Shown in pieces: positions 44,607 through 54,082 of a DNA stretch of 64,000 nt (its first letter is position 1; each line of letters opens with the position of its first letter). A program made the position numbers and the translations under genes. Source of the stretch: Thermoplasmatota archaeon (lineage in GTDB: Archaea; Thermoplasmatota; Thermoplasmata; UBA10834). The stretch covers positions 384,001 through 448,000 of the forward strand of contig JBFMHR010000001.1 of NCBI GenBank assembly GCA_040751795.1, given 5' to 3'. A model generated the notes under the pieces. That model saw only the letters and a program-made list of their open reading frames with translations. It did no database searches and was not told the DNA's origin.

Positions 44607-45854
44607 CTACCATCTCCGCTGACGGTGTCTCTCGCCCTGCCGGGGGTGGGCCGGCCGCCTCTGGCCCCTCGGCTGCTTCGGCGCAGGCCTCGCTGCGGCG
44701 CCCACCGCGTCCCGCGCCGCGTCGGAGTGGAACTTGTGGGGCATCACCTCGATCCTCATCCTTATGAGCGCCTCGATCTCCCTCAGCGCGTCCCGCTCGT
44801 GGGCCGCGCACAGGGAGTAGGCGGTGCCCTCCGCCCCCGCCCTCGCCGTCCGGCCGATCCTGTGGACGTAGTTGTCGACCTGGTCCACGGGCAGGTCGTA
44901 GTTTATCACATGGGATATGTCGTCGACGTCGATGCCCCTCGCGGCGATGTCCGTCGCGACAAGCACCCTCGCGTGCCCCGACTTGAAGTCCTCCAGCGCC
45001 CTCGTCCTCTGCCCCTGGGACTTGTTCCCGTGTATGGCGTCGGCCCGGATGCGGTGGTAGGACAGCATGTCGGCGACCTTGTTGGCCCTCCTCTTCGTCC
45101 TCGTGAACACCAGCACGCACCTCAGGTCCTGCCGCCTCAGAAACTCCAGCAGGACCGCGTCCTTGTTCCTGTCGTCCACGAAGAGGACCTTCTGCTGCAC
45201 AAGCTTCACCGTGGTCGCCTGCGGGGCGACCTCCACCCGCACGGGGTGGCGGAGCAGCGTCTTGGCGAGCTCGCTTATCTTCGGAGGCATCGTCGCCGAG
45301 AAGAACACCGAGTGCCTGTGCGCCGGCAGCCTCGCGATGACCTTCTTGACGTCGTTTATGAAGCCCATGTCGAGCATCCTGTCGACCTCGTCCAGGACCA
45401 GGAACTCCAGGTCGTTCAGCTTCACGTGGCCCTGGTTCATCAGGTCCAGCAACCTGCCGGGCGTGGCGACGAGGACTTCGACGCCTCCGGAGAGCGCCCT
45501 GACCTGGGGGCCCTGGCCGACGCCGCCGAATATCACGGTGTGCCTGAACCTCATGAACGAGCCGTAGGTGGCGAAGCTCTCGTCTATCTGCGCGGCGAGC
45601 TCCCTCGTCGGCGCGAGGACCAGGGTCCTCGGGGACTTGGGGGATATGCGCTTGGGCGCCTGCGACATCAGCTGCAGCAGGGGCAGGACGAACGCGGCGG
45701 TCTTCCCCGTGCCCGTCTGCGCGATCCCGACCACGTCCTTGCCCTGCAGGATATGGGGGATGGCCTGCTCCTGTATCGGTGTCGGTGCCGTATAGCCCTG
45801 CTTCGCGACCGCCTCTAGCAGAGGCGGTATGAGCTTGAGATCCTTGAACTCCAT
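44607..45854 (-). CDS. DEAD-box RNA helicase (RhlE-like)
   Basis: Q motif PTPIQ, AQTGTGKT, PTRELA, TPGR, DEVD, SAT, ARGID and HRIGRTAR. Confidence 0.95.
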   Translation of the reverse strand: MEFKDLKLIPPLLEAVAKQGYTAPTPIQEQAIPHILQGKDVVGIAQTGTGKTAAFVLPLLQLMSQAPKRISPKSPRTLVLAPTRELAAQIDESFATYGSFMRFRHTVIFGGVGQGPQVRALSGGVEVLVATPGRLLDLMNQGHVKLNDLEFLVLDEVDRMLDMGFINDVKKVIARLPAHRHSVFFSATMPPKISELAKTLLRHPVRVEVAPQATTVKLVQQKVLFVDDRNKDAVLLEFLRRQDLRCVLVFTRTKRRANKVADMLSYHRIRADAIHGNKSQGQRTRALEDFKSGHARVLVATDIAARGIDVDDISHVINYDLPVDQVDNYVHRIGRTARAGAEGTAYSLCAAHERDALREIEALIRMRIEVMPHKFHSDAARDAVGAAARPAPKQPRGQRRPAHPRQGERHRQRRW

Positions 45855-46048
45855 CTGTCCATCTCTCCGGCGGCCATCCCCGAAGGGGATGATAAAGGGT
45901 TGGCCCTGACAAGATGAGCGGGTGCCCGCTGATGGGGTGCGCCGTGATCATACCCCTTCCGCGGACGCCCGCCGGCGGCCAGGGCCCGGCCTGAGCGCAT
46001 CGCTCCCGAATGGCCTTACGGGAGTCGGCGGGGCCTTCGTCCCGGCGA

Positions 46049-46831
46049 CTATGCCGGCGCGAGCTCGAAGCTCTTCAGGACGAACGTCGCCTCTCCCTGC
46101 GACAAGGCGACCCCGCTCGTGACGCTGTCCGTGCGGCCGAACGACAGGCCGATTTCGTGGATGTCCGCGAGGGCGGCCTCGAACACGCTTGGGTCATAGG
46201 TCCCGCTGTGGGGGACCCAGTCCTCCATGACGAGTACCGCCTTGAGCGTGATTTCATCGTTGAGCGCTATCGAGTCTGTGACGTCCACAAACGACGTCAG
46301 GATCACGTGCGCCTCGGAGAACCAGAGGTCCGAGAACTCATAGGATCCACCGGTCGTCGTGAAGTGCAGGCAGACCTGAGTCCAATCATCGGTCCGCCTC
46401 GCCTCGAACACAGGCGCGTCGTTGGGGTCGCCCCTGATCTCGAACACGACCTCGATCGTCGCACCGACGGACAGGCTGCCCTCCCACACGTTGTCCAGGT
46501 ACACGGTGAACCATTCGTCATCCGCGTCGTTGAACTCGAACTCGATGTACCCCTCATCGTTGAGGGACGGGAACCTGTAGTCCCAGTAGTAGACCGGATA
46601 CAGCGTGTTCGGGTTCATCGGGTTGAAGTCCAAGGACACGTCCTTGACCTTCCAGTTCACCGCGTTCTCCTCCACCAGGTCCGAGAACGTCTGTCCGCTC
46701 GCGAACATCGCGACTCCCATGACGGAGCCGCTCAGCAGCAGCGCCATCACGCACACTCCCACGAAGACCCCGTAGGCTCCGGCCCTCCTCTCTGGGGCCG
46801 GCGGGCTCTTCAGCTTCCTGTACTTTGTCAT
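46049..46831 (-). CDS. Membrane-anchored/secreted beta-sandwich protein, unknown function
   Basis: ATG 46831; basic N-terminus and TM followed by an acidic beta-rich domain. Confidence 0.6.
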   Translation of the reverse strand: MTKYRKLKSPPAPERRAGAYGVFVGVCVMALLLSGSVMGVAMFASGQTFSDLVEENAVNWKVKDVSLDFNPMNPNTLYPVYYWDYRFPSLNDEGYIEFEFNDADDEWFTVYLDNVWEGSLSVGATIEVVFEIRGDPNDAPVFEARRTDDWTQVCLHFTTTGGSYEFSDLWFSEAHVILTSFVDVTDSIALNDEITLKAVLVMEDWVPHSGTYDPSVFEAALADIHEIGLSFGRTDSVTSGVALSQGEATFVLKSFELAPA

Positions 46832-47096
46832 GCCTGCTTCACACTCCTCCGGACGCCCCTGGGGCCCTTCCCCCGGGGATCCGAGTGGGACGCGGCGGCC
46901 TGGAGAGAGGCCTCTGAGAAGCATGCAACTCGCTCAGCGACCCCGACTCGCCGGCTGCCAATTCCCCCGCCCACTGACCTGGCGCGCTCGCCAGGACCGT
47001 CATCGAATCCACTCCCCCCTATTTAGCGTCTGCGTGGTATCGTCGGGTGGGAGACGGTCTAGGGGAGCCCTCCCGCTGAGAAGGGGATGAAAATCC

Positions 47097-47132
47097 ACCG
47101 GCGGGGGGGACTCGCCGTCCCCCCCCGCCGGT
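47097..47132 (-). terminator. GC-rich hairpin downstream of the clostripain gene
   Basis: ACCGGCGGGGGGGA/TCCCCCCCCGCCGGT stem, followed on the minus strand by GGATTTT. Confidence 0.55.
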
Positions 47133-47145
47133 TGAGGTTTGCCCG

Positions 47146-48303
47146 TCAGGCGTGGTACGCGTCGATGAAGTCCGCCCAGCCGGTGTCGGCCCCGAACGCC
47201 ATCAGCCTGTACGCGCCCTCGTCGTAGTACCAGTCGTTGTACGTCGCCCAGTAGAAGGAGACGCCCCTGCAGTCCGCCATCTTGGGCCCTCCCCAGCACT
47301 TGACGACGTAGGAGAGGAGCGAGGACTGCATGTCCGCCGTGGCGGTCCTGAGCTGCGTGTCCGTCACGCCCTTCGTGGCCAGCAGGTGGTACCCGAGGTC
47401 GTAGAGGTCCAGGAAGGCGGGCACGGCGGTCATGTAGTGCGTCGCCTTCACCGCCGCCGCGTAGTATGCCTCGTACGTCGGCAGCAGGTACGTCATCCTT
47501 GCGGACCAGGCCGTGAACGTCCCTATGGTCGCCTTCAGCTGGGGGATGTCGATCGAGGCCATGGTCATCTTGCCGCCGTTGGTGTTGGTGTAGTGGGCTG
47601 CGTACGCGTCCACCATCACGATCGAGAGGTCCCTCGGCAGCATCGTCGGATTGTTCACGAGGGGGGTGAGCACCGTCGTCAGCGGGATGCCGTCCCCCGC
47701 CTCGTACTCCTCCGACGCGACCATGTACTGGACCAGGTCCGTCTTCGAGACCTGGTACCCGACCTCGATCATGTTCATGTTGCAGGCGTCCATGGCCAGG
47801 ACGTCTATCGTGTCACCCGCGTTGGCTATGGCGCTCTGGAGCTCGGGCATGTCTATCGAGCTGGCCGAGGTGTCGTCCGAGCAGATGTAGTGCCACCCGA
47901 AGCCGTGGTCCCACAGCATCAGGGCGAAGTACGTCGACGGCCACAGCGTCGTCGCCCGGTCGATCCACCAGGTCAGGGCCGCGGCGCTGCCCGAGTCCAT
48001 CTCCGGGTGCGTCTCCACAACGGTCACGGTGCTCCCCGAGACCTTGACTATCTCGATCGTCGAGGTCGTCTTCAGGTCCTTGAAGGCGACCAGGTTGACC
48101 TGGTCGCTCGGCGGCACGGCCTGGAGGAACGGCAGCGTCGTCGAAGCCCAGTAGTTCTCCAGGGAGTTGTCCCCCGCGACATAGATCGCGTAGGTCCAAG
48201 ATGCGGTCGTCTCGGCACTTCCGGCCGGCGCCATCAGCAGAATGCCAGGCACCAGCAGGATGGCCGCCATCGCCATGCTCAAAACATACTTTCTCATGTC
48301 CAT
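47146..48303 (-). CDS. Clostripain-family (C11) secreted cysteine peptidase
   Basis: WTYAIYVAGDNSLE, LWDHGFGW (His), MDACNM (Cys) and ASEE motifs; signal peptide. Confidence 0.9.
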   Translation of the reverse strand: MDMRKYVLSMAMAAILLVPGILLMAPAGSAETTASWTYAIYVAGDNSLENYWASTTLPFLQAVPPSDQVNLVAFKDLKTTSTIEIVKVSGSTVTVVETHPEMDSGSAAALTWWIDRATTLWPSTYFALMLWDHGFGWHYICSDDTSASSIDMPELQSAIANAGDTIDVLAMDACNMNMIEVGYQVSKTDLVQYMVASEEYEAGDGIPLTTVLTPLVNNPTMLPRDLSIVMVDAYAAHYTNTNGGKMTMASIDIPQLKATIGTFTAWSARMTYLLPTYEAYYAAAVKATHYMTAVPAFLDLYDLGYHLLATKGVTDTQLRTATADMQSSLLSYVVKCWGGPKMADCRGVSFYWATYNDWYYDEGAYRLMAFGADTGWADFIDAYHA

Positions 48304-48456
48304 TATGCCCCACTGTCCCGTAGAAACCCACCTGCGCGGGTCCCCACCGATGGGCGCATCGTTCTAGGCGCATAAGAACCCGACGGACGCCCCCGCGCCG
48401 CGATAGTGTAATATCGGCCGTCGGGAATCCCGGCCTGGAGCAGGGAGGGACCTGGC

Positions 48457-48936
48457 ATGACGCGCGTGACGGTGATATACGATTCGAGGACCGGGAACAC
48501 GGAGAAGATGGCGAAGGCGGTCGCCAAGGGCGCCGGGAAGGCCAGGGGCACGGAGGTCGTGCTGCTGAAGGTCGACAAGGCGAAGCTCAGCGACCTCACC
48601 GCCTCGGACGGCATCGTGATGGGCTCCCCGACGTACTACGGGAACATGTCGGGGAAGATGAAGGAGTTCATAGACCGGTCCAACGCCGTGCACGGGAAGC
48701 TGGCCGGGAAGGCCGGCGGCGCGTTCACGAGCTCCGGGGACACGGCCTGCGGGGCGGAGACGACCCTCCTCTCGATCCTCGAGGCGATGATGATCCACGG
48801 GATGGTCGTCCAGGGCAGGTGCGAGAACAAGCACTACGGCCCGACCGCGGTCGAGGCGCCGAACAAGGACGAGCTGGCGCTCTGCGAGGACCTCGGGGAG
48901 AGGGTCGCGAGGCTCGCCTCGGCCCTCCGGGGATGA
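48457..48936 (+). CDS. Flavodoxin / WrbA-like NAD(P)H-dependent oxidoreductase
   Basis: YDSRTGNTEKMA, GSPTYYG and GKAGGAFTS motifs. Confidence 0.9.
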   Translation: MTRVTVIYDSRTGNTEKMAKAVAKGAGKARGTEVVLLKVDKAKLSDLTASDGIVMGSPTYYGNMSGKMKEFIDRSNAVHGKLAGKAGGAFTSSGDTACGAETTLLSILEAMMIHGMVVQGRCENKHYGPTAVEAPNKDELALCEDLGERVARLASALRG

Positions 48937-48952
48937 TGCGGAGGAGACCACC

Positions 48953-49450
48953 ATGAAGCCGGTGCTGCTCGTGATAGACGTCCAGAACTTCGTCCTGGAC
49001 ATGTACCCCGGATACTCCGACTCGGTGAAGAAGCACGCGAAGACGATGAACGACGCGATAGCGCTGTTCAGGGCGAAGGGGCTGCCCCTCGTGGTCGTGT
49101 ACCACGAGGACAGGGAGCTAGGCCCCAGGCCCGGGACTAGGGCGTTCGCGTTCCACGAGTCCATCGACGTGAGGGACTCGGACCCCAGGGTGGTCAAGAA
49201 CTACCCCAACGGGTTCAACAAGACATCTTTGGCCGATACGCTGAAGGGGATGGGCTGCGACACGGTGTTCATCGTGGGGCTGAGCGCGGTGGGGTGCGCC
49301 ATGGCGACCTACCACGGCGCGATAGACCTCGACCTGGAGCCCTACTTCGTGCAGGACGGGGTCGCCGCCGACACCGAGGAGCACGTCCGGATGGCGGAGG
49401 AGATCTGCAGGACCATAAATATGGACGAGCTGGGCCGGAAGCTGGGCTGA
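48953..49450 (+). CDS. Isochorismatase-family cysteine hydrolase
   Basis: LLVIDVQ, K..PNGF..T.L and GLSAVGC (D-K-C triad). Confidence 0.88.
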   Translation: MKPVLLVIDVQNFVLDMYPGYSDSVKKHAKTMNDAIALFRAKGLPLVVVYHEDRELGPRPGTRAFAFHESIDVRDSDPRVVKNYPNGFNKTSLADTLKGMGCDTVFIVGLSAVGCAMATYHGAIDLDLEPYFVQDGVAADTEEHVRMAEEICRTINMDELGRKLG

Positions 49451-49469
49451 GGCGCTGGGCCGGGCCGGC

Positions 49470-50174
49470 TCAGTCCGGCGGAGGCGGCGGAGGCTCCTCT
49501 TCCGCGACCGCACTCGGCGCCTGCTGCGGCGGCGCAGCATAGGCGGGGTACGCGGGACCCGGCGCCGGGCCGCTCGCGGGGACCGGCCCCGCTGGCACCG
49601 CCATCATCTCGAGGTTCGGAGGGCACATTATCCTCATGCCCGCCTTCAGGCCGCGGTTGTTCACAGCGATGGCGGCCTTCATCCTCGGGACGCAGACCAC
49701 GCTCGTCGGCTGGCCCTCGGCGATCAGGCCCTCGAGGCCCCTCATCTGGATGATGGATACCGGCCCGACGGTCCAGGTCAGGCCCTTGCCCCTCGTCATG
49801 CTCCTGTACGCCGGGGCGAGGACCTCCACCACGGTGCCGTCCGCCAGGGTCTGCGCGAGCTTCCTCCTGAGCACGACGGCGTTCACGGACATCCCGACGG
49901 CCACGAGCCCGAAGACGATCATGAACACCGAGAGCACCGTCGACAGGGTGTCGTAGGTGATCGCATCGGTGATGAGCGACGGGAGCACGTAGGTGCTCAG
50001 TATGAACATCAGGAGGCACCCCACGGCTATCGCCCTGAGCCCGTTCTGCAGGACCCTGTAGAACCTGCCGGGGAGCGCCCTCTCCGCGTCCGTCAGCGGC
50101 CTCCTGACGATCTGCATGTTGAATGCCGGCGCCTGGTAGCCGGGGTACTGCTGCGGGTAGTTCATCGAGTTCAT
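49470..50174 (-). CDS. 2-TM membrane protein; homologue of the C-terminal half of 4296-5624
   Basis: RPLTDAER..., EGLIAEGQPTSVVCVP...AVN and a Pro-rich tail. Confidence 0.7.
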   Translation of the reverse strand: MNSMNYPQQYPGYQAPAFNMQIVRRPLTDAERALPGRFYRVLQNGLRAIAVGCLLMFILSTYVLPSLITDAITYDTLSTVLSVFMIVFGLVAVGMSVNAVVLRRKLAQTLADGTVVEVLAPAYRSMTRGKGLTWTVGPVSIIQMRGLEGLIAEGQPTSVVCVPRMKAAIAVNNRGLKAGMRIMCPPNLEMMAVPAGPVPASGPAPGPAYPAYAAPPQQAPSAVAEEEPPPPPPD

Positions 50175-50178
50175 CCCC

Positions 50179-51090
50179 TCAGCCCCCCGGCGGCGCCCTG
50201 TTGCACCCTGGGCAGGACCATCCCGCCGCCGTGAATATGAGCGTCGAGCCGCAGCTGGGGCATGTGCGCTTGGACAGGGTGTCGGTGCTGTGCACGTCCG
50301 TCGGGCGAACCTGGGTCTGGGCGCCCATCTGGACGTTGGGGAACTGGATCGGGTCGAACTGCATGGGCATCCTGGCGACCTCGGGCAGAGGCCTGGTGAC
50401 CCCGCCCCTCTGGTCCGCCATGGAGCTCAGACGGTGGTCCACGACCACGGACTGCGACGGTGCGTACGGCGTGCCTAGGACGGTCTGGTTCCTTGGCAGT
50501 ATGGACCCGCCCATGTCCCTCGGCGGGGGCAGGAGCGAGACCGCGAAGCCGACCAGGAAGCCGCCGATCGCAGCGGCGCCGGCGATCCCCGCGATGCCGG
50601 GGACGCCGAACGTCGAGGTGCCGCCGCCGGTCTTGATGACGTCCATCTCCCAGCTGTTCGTCACATATGAGATGTCGACGTAGCTGCCGCTTCCGAAGAT
50701 CCTGTTGCCGTCCAGGGTCACGGGCAGGTTGTAGACGCCGCCGTAGTTGTCGTAGATGGTGATGGTGATTGATGTCCCGGAGATCCCCCAGTCGAGGTCG
50801 ACCGTCTGCGAGTCACCAATGACATCCGCCGGGTTTATCCAGCCGTCCATGTGGACGACCACGTCGGTGCACTGCAGCCAGAGGTAGCCGCTGCCGTCGG
50901 GGTTGAGCGTGAGCTCGGCGTCGTAGGTGAAGTCCGCGGGGTAGGTGCTGTCGAAGTAGCCCTCGTCGGGCACGGTCGACGTGTATACGCCGGGCGCGTC
51001 CGCGGCGACCCCTTCGGAAAGGGCCACGAGCGAGAGGATGGAGAACACGGTCGCCGAGAGCACGAGACCAAGGCACCTATTCTTAGACAT
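50179..51090 (-). CDS. Secreted-domain + TM + zinc-ribbon protein; homologue of the N-terminal half of 4296-5624
   Basis: Signal peptide; G.YTS....EGY and LDGNRIFGSGSY motifs; C-terminal CPSCG...CPGC. Confidence 0.7.
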   Translation of the reverse strand: MSKNRCLGLVLSATVFSILSLVALSEGVAADAPGVYTSTVPDEGYFDSTYPADFTYDAELTLNPDGSGYLWLQCTDVVVHMDGWINPADVIGDSQTVDLDWGISGTSITITIYDNYGGVYNLPVTLDGNRIFGSGSYVDISYVTNSWEMDVIKTGGGTSTFGVPGIAGIAGAAAIGGFLVGFAVSLLPPPRDMGGSILPRNQTVLGTPYAPSQSVVVDHRLSSMADQRGGVTRPLPEVARMPMQFDPIQFPNVQMGAQTQVRPTDVHSTDTLSKRTCPSCGSTLIFTAAGWSCPGCNRAPPGG

Positions 51091-51210
51091 GGAATACCTC
51101 CATGGATCTTGTCCCTTCTGGTTGGCCCGTCATAGACTCGAGGCCGTATATACGGGGTGACTCGCCCATATCAGGGGTGATAACGACTCCCGATGAAGCG
51201 GCTGGCAGGG

Positions 51211-52344
51211 TCAGTTCCCCGTCCACACCGGTGCGGTCCACGCCGTGAGCCCTTCGACGATTCCGTTCAGCGGCGAGGCGGTCGTCACGCGCACGAAGAA
51301 GTACCTCGGCGCGCCCTCCCCGCTCAGCTCTATCTCCATGTCGGAGAAGCTGTTGCCGTCCGGCTCGCAGCTCCAGACCGTCACGTTGTGGTCCGACACT
51401 ATCTCGATGAGCGTGATATCGTCGCCCAGGACGTCGGGGTCGGACACCTGCAGGGACGCCGTGTAGCCCGCAGCGCCCGGGTCGGTCAGGTTCGAGCCCA
51501 TGACCGCGCCGTCCACCTCGAACCGTATCTCGAGGTTCGAGTCCAGGGTCGCATAGCCCCTCCCGGCCCTCATCGCGTCGTAGAGGTCGTCGCGCGTGAG
51601 GCTCGGCGCCAGCAGGACGGTCCTGATCCCCAGCGTGGATATCCAGGTCCCGTAGTGGTCGTCCTCGGTCGCTGTGGGCATCATGTGCCATCCCGCATCG
51701 AGCGCTTTGACGTAGCTCTCGTCGCGGTAGCCCCAGTTGTAGCACTCGAGCATGCCCATGCCCGCGTCCCTCTCCTCGGTGCAGAAGTCGAACTGGAAGT
51801 AGTCCCAGGCCACGGGGCACCCGTACGACAGGGGGTGGTTCCACTGGCCGATGGCGCCCGGTTCCTGGGCGATCCAGTCGTAGAGCCACGGGAGGAAGGA
51901 CCCGCCTGTCATCCTCGTGCCCTCGTAGTAGGCGTTGGGGGCGAGGCCCGGCGGCGGGGCCATCGTCCTCGTGCCGTAGATGTTGAGCTCGTTGATCCCG
52001 GTCAGGTAGTACTCGTAGCCCGCCATGGCGACGAACTCCCCGTCGATGTTGTTCCCGTCCGCGGACTCCAGTAGCGCCTCCCACTCGGCGTCGTTGAGCT
52101 GGAAGTAGTGGTCCGTGACGGCGAGGAAGTCGGCCCTCTCGCGCGCGTACGCGTACGCGTCGTCCGGGAGGGCGGTGCCGTCCGAGTACGACGTGTGCGA
52201 GTGCAGGTCGCCGAAGTAGAGGTTGTAGACGACCTCGTCCGTCCGCGCCTCGTCCCCGATGACTGCTCCGCAGAAGAGGCAGGGCCCCACCATGGCGATC
52301 ACGACTGCAAGCGAGAAGGCTGAGTATCCCTTCCTGAGCATCAT
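51211..52344 (-). CDS. PHP-fold metallohydrolase (CehA/McbA-like), secreted
   Basis: GDLHSHTSYSDG, VTDH, GYE, NHP and EDDH motifs; C-terminal WTAPVW. Confidence 0.85.
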   Translation of the reverse strand: MMLRKGYSAFSLAVVIAMVGPCLFCGAVIGDEARTDEVVYNLYFGDLHSHTSYSDGTALPDDAYAYARERADFLAVTDHYFQLNDAEWEALLESADGNNIDGEFVAMAGYEYYLTGINELNIYGTRTMAPPPGLAPNAYYEGTRMTGGSFLPWLYDWIAQEPGAIGQWNHPLSYGCPVAWDYFQFDFCTEERDAGMGMLECYNWGYRDESYVKALDAGWHMMPTATEDDHYGTWISTLGIRTVLLAPSLTRDDLYDAMRAGRGYATLDSNLEIRFEVDGAVMGSNLTDPGAAGYTASLQVSDPDVLGDDITLIEIVSDHNVTVWSCEPDGNSFSDMEIELSGEGAPRYFFVRVTTASPLNGIVEGLTAWTAPVWTGN

Positions 52345-52426
52345 GCCCTTTCGTCCCCCCGATTACGCCCGGAGGGGTATCCCTGACAGCTCTATTTATG
52401 GATACTGACTCCCCCTCCTCAGGGGG

Positions 52427-53074
52427 TCACGCGCGCTTCCGACGCCTCCAGAACCCGAGGCCGCTGTCCACAGTGTAAGGGGGCGTGTCGTTGTCGGTCC
52501 TGAGCTCGTCCTTCGCCGCGACCTTCGCCCTCCCCGGACCCATCGGTCCGTCCCCCTGGCCTCGGGCCCCGCCGGGCCACCCGCGGGGCGGCTCGCCGAA
52601 CTGGATCTCCAGGCAGCCGCCGGCGCAGTCGGACAGGCCCAGCGCCGAGATGTCATCGTCGCTCAGCTCGACCTCGAAGGACCTGATGTCCGGCGACATG
52701 CGGACGATCATCGGACGGGTCCGGCTCCCGCACCTGACGACGACCTCCTTCCCCGGGCGGGCGTTCACCTTCTCCATCATGAAGGGCGAGACGCCGACGA
52801 CGCCCTTCGGGATCGCGCCCGACGCGACGACGTCGGCCGTCCTGAAGGACCAGAAGTCCGCGGCGTTCCCGAAGGCACCCTCCGTGACGTGCGTGTTCGA
52901 CTGCACCATGGCGCCCCCGATGGCGGCGCGCGAGCGCAGTTCCTGCACGAGCCCCTCCGCCGCCTCCCGGCCGCCCCACTCCCGCCTGTGGGCCGTGTCG
53001 CCCTGCCCGTCGCGCACGGCGACGTCGAAGCTGTCGACCTTCCCGCGCCTCCTCCTGCCGAACAACGGGGCCAT
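52427..53074 (-). CDS. Hypothetical protein
   Basis: 215-aa ORF with host-like codon bias; no family recognised. Confidence 0.5.
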   Translation of the reverse strand: MAPLFGRRRRGKVDSFDVAVRDGQGDTAHRREWGGREAAEGLVQELRSRAAIGGAMVQSNTHVTEGAFGNAADFWSFRTADVVASGAIPKGVVGVSPFMMEKVNARPGKEVVVRCGSRTRPMIVRMSPDIRSFEVELSDDDISALGLSDCAGGCLEIQFGEPPRGWPGGARGQGDGPMGPGRAKVAAKDELRTDNDTPPYTVDSGLGFWRRRKRA

Positions 53075-53224
53075 CCCCTGACCATCCTCCCCGGGGACAG
53101 ATATCGCTGCCCCGACATAAGACGCTGCCTAGAGGACGCGCGGCGGAAGCCTGGGGGCCACGGACACGCTTAAGCCGCGGCACGCGCCTTCCGGTCTCGT
53201 GGGTGGTCGGGCCTGAGGGGAGGC

Positions 53225-53458
53225 GTGGACAGCGACACGGCAGACCTGCTGAGGGGCGCGCGGGCGGACGCGAGGGAGTCGTTCTACCGTCCGTCGGGCG
53301 TGAGGACCTGCGTCATCGCCCTGCTGGCGGCGCTGTCCATGGCCGTCTCGGTCGTGGGGCTGCTCGCGGAGGACCCGCTGAGGCTCGTGCTGGTCCTCGG
53401 CGGGGCCTTCGGGATGGTGACGGCCGCGGCCTGGTTCACCTGGCGCAGCGCGGTGTGA
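53225..53458 (+). CDS. Small 2-TM membrane protein
   Basis: GGGGAGG RBS with GTG start; two TM helices. Confidence 0.55.
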   Translation: MDSDTADLLRGARADARESFYRPSGVRTCVIALLAALSMAVSVVGLLAEDPLRLVLVLGGAFGMVTAAAWFTWRSAV

Positions 53459-53476
53459 CACGGGAGGGGGGTCGAC

Positions 53477-53983
53477 ATGAAGTGCGGATTCTGCGGGGCC
53501 GAGAACCCCGACGGTGCGAGGAACTGCTCGGTGTGCCAGATGGGCATGGGATACACCGCCAAGAGCCCTCAGGAGTCGTTCAGGCGCAAGCCGGAGTTCC
53601 ACCCGCGCTCAACGCGCATGGTCCCCGACTCCAGGACCATGCTGCCCGTCGGGGCGGGCGGGATACTCATACTGAACGCGGTCTTCGCCCTCAGCGGCCT
53701 CATGGTCGGGAACGTGGCCGTCCTGGACGAACACCCGGAACTCTCGGAGCAGCTCCTGGTCGCCGACCTCATTTTCGGCGGGCTGGCTGTGCTGGTTCTC
53801 CTGGCCGGGGCGCTGGTCATCATGAGGAGGGCGTGGGGGCTCGGGGTCGTCGCCTCGATCGTCTCGTTCTTCATGGCGCTGATGTTCGGCCTGTTCTGCG
53901 GGATCACCCAGGCCTTCGTCGCGGTCGCGGCGATGGTCCTGCTGTTCCTCTCGAGGGACGAGTTCCGCAGGCAGAGGGCCTAG
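53477..53983 (+). CDS. N-terminal zinc ribbon plus 4-TM membrane protein
   Basis: MKCGFCGAENPDGARNCSVC followed by hydrophobic helices. Confidence 0.75.
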   Translation: MKCGFCGAENPDGARNCSVCQMGMGYTAKSPQESFRRKPEFHPRSTRMVPDSRTMLPVGAGGILILNAVFALSGLMVGNVAVLDEHPELSEQLLVADLIFGGLAVLVLLAGALVIMRRAWGLGVVASIVSFFMALMFGLFCGITQAFVAVAAMVLLFLSRDEFRRQRA

Positions 53984-54082
53984 AGGGCTGAAGTCGCCTG
54001 CCACCCTTAAGTAAGCCCGGGACAATCCAGGGGCGTCCAGGAGTGGCCCATGAGCCCTCTCCGGGACCGACAGGTGGGGAAC

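Noticed and set aside
44607-45854. DEVD instead of DEAD as a novelty
   Set aside because: This is a common variant among DEAD-box helicases.
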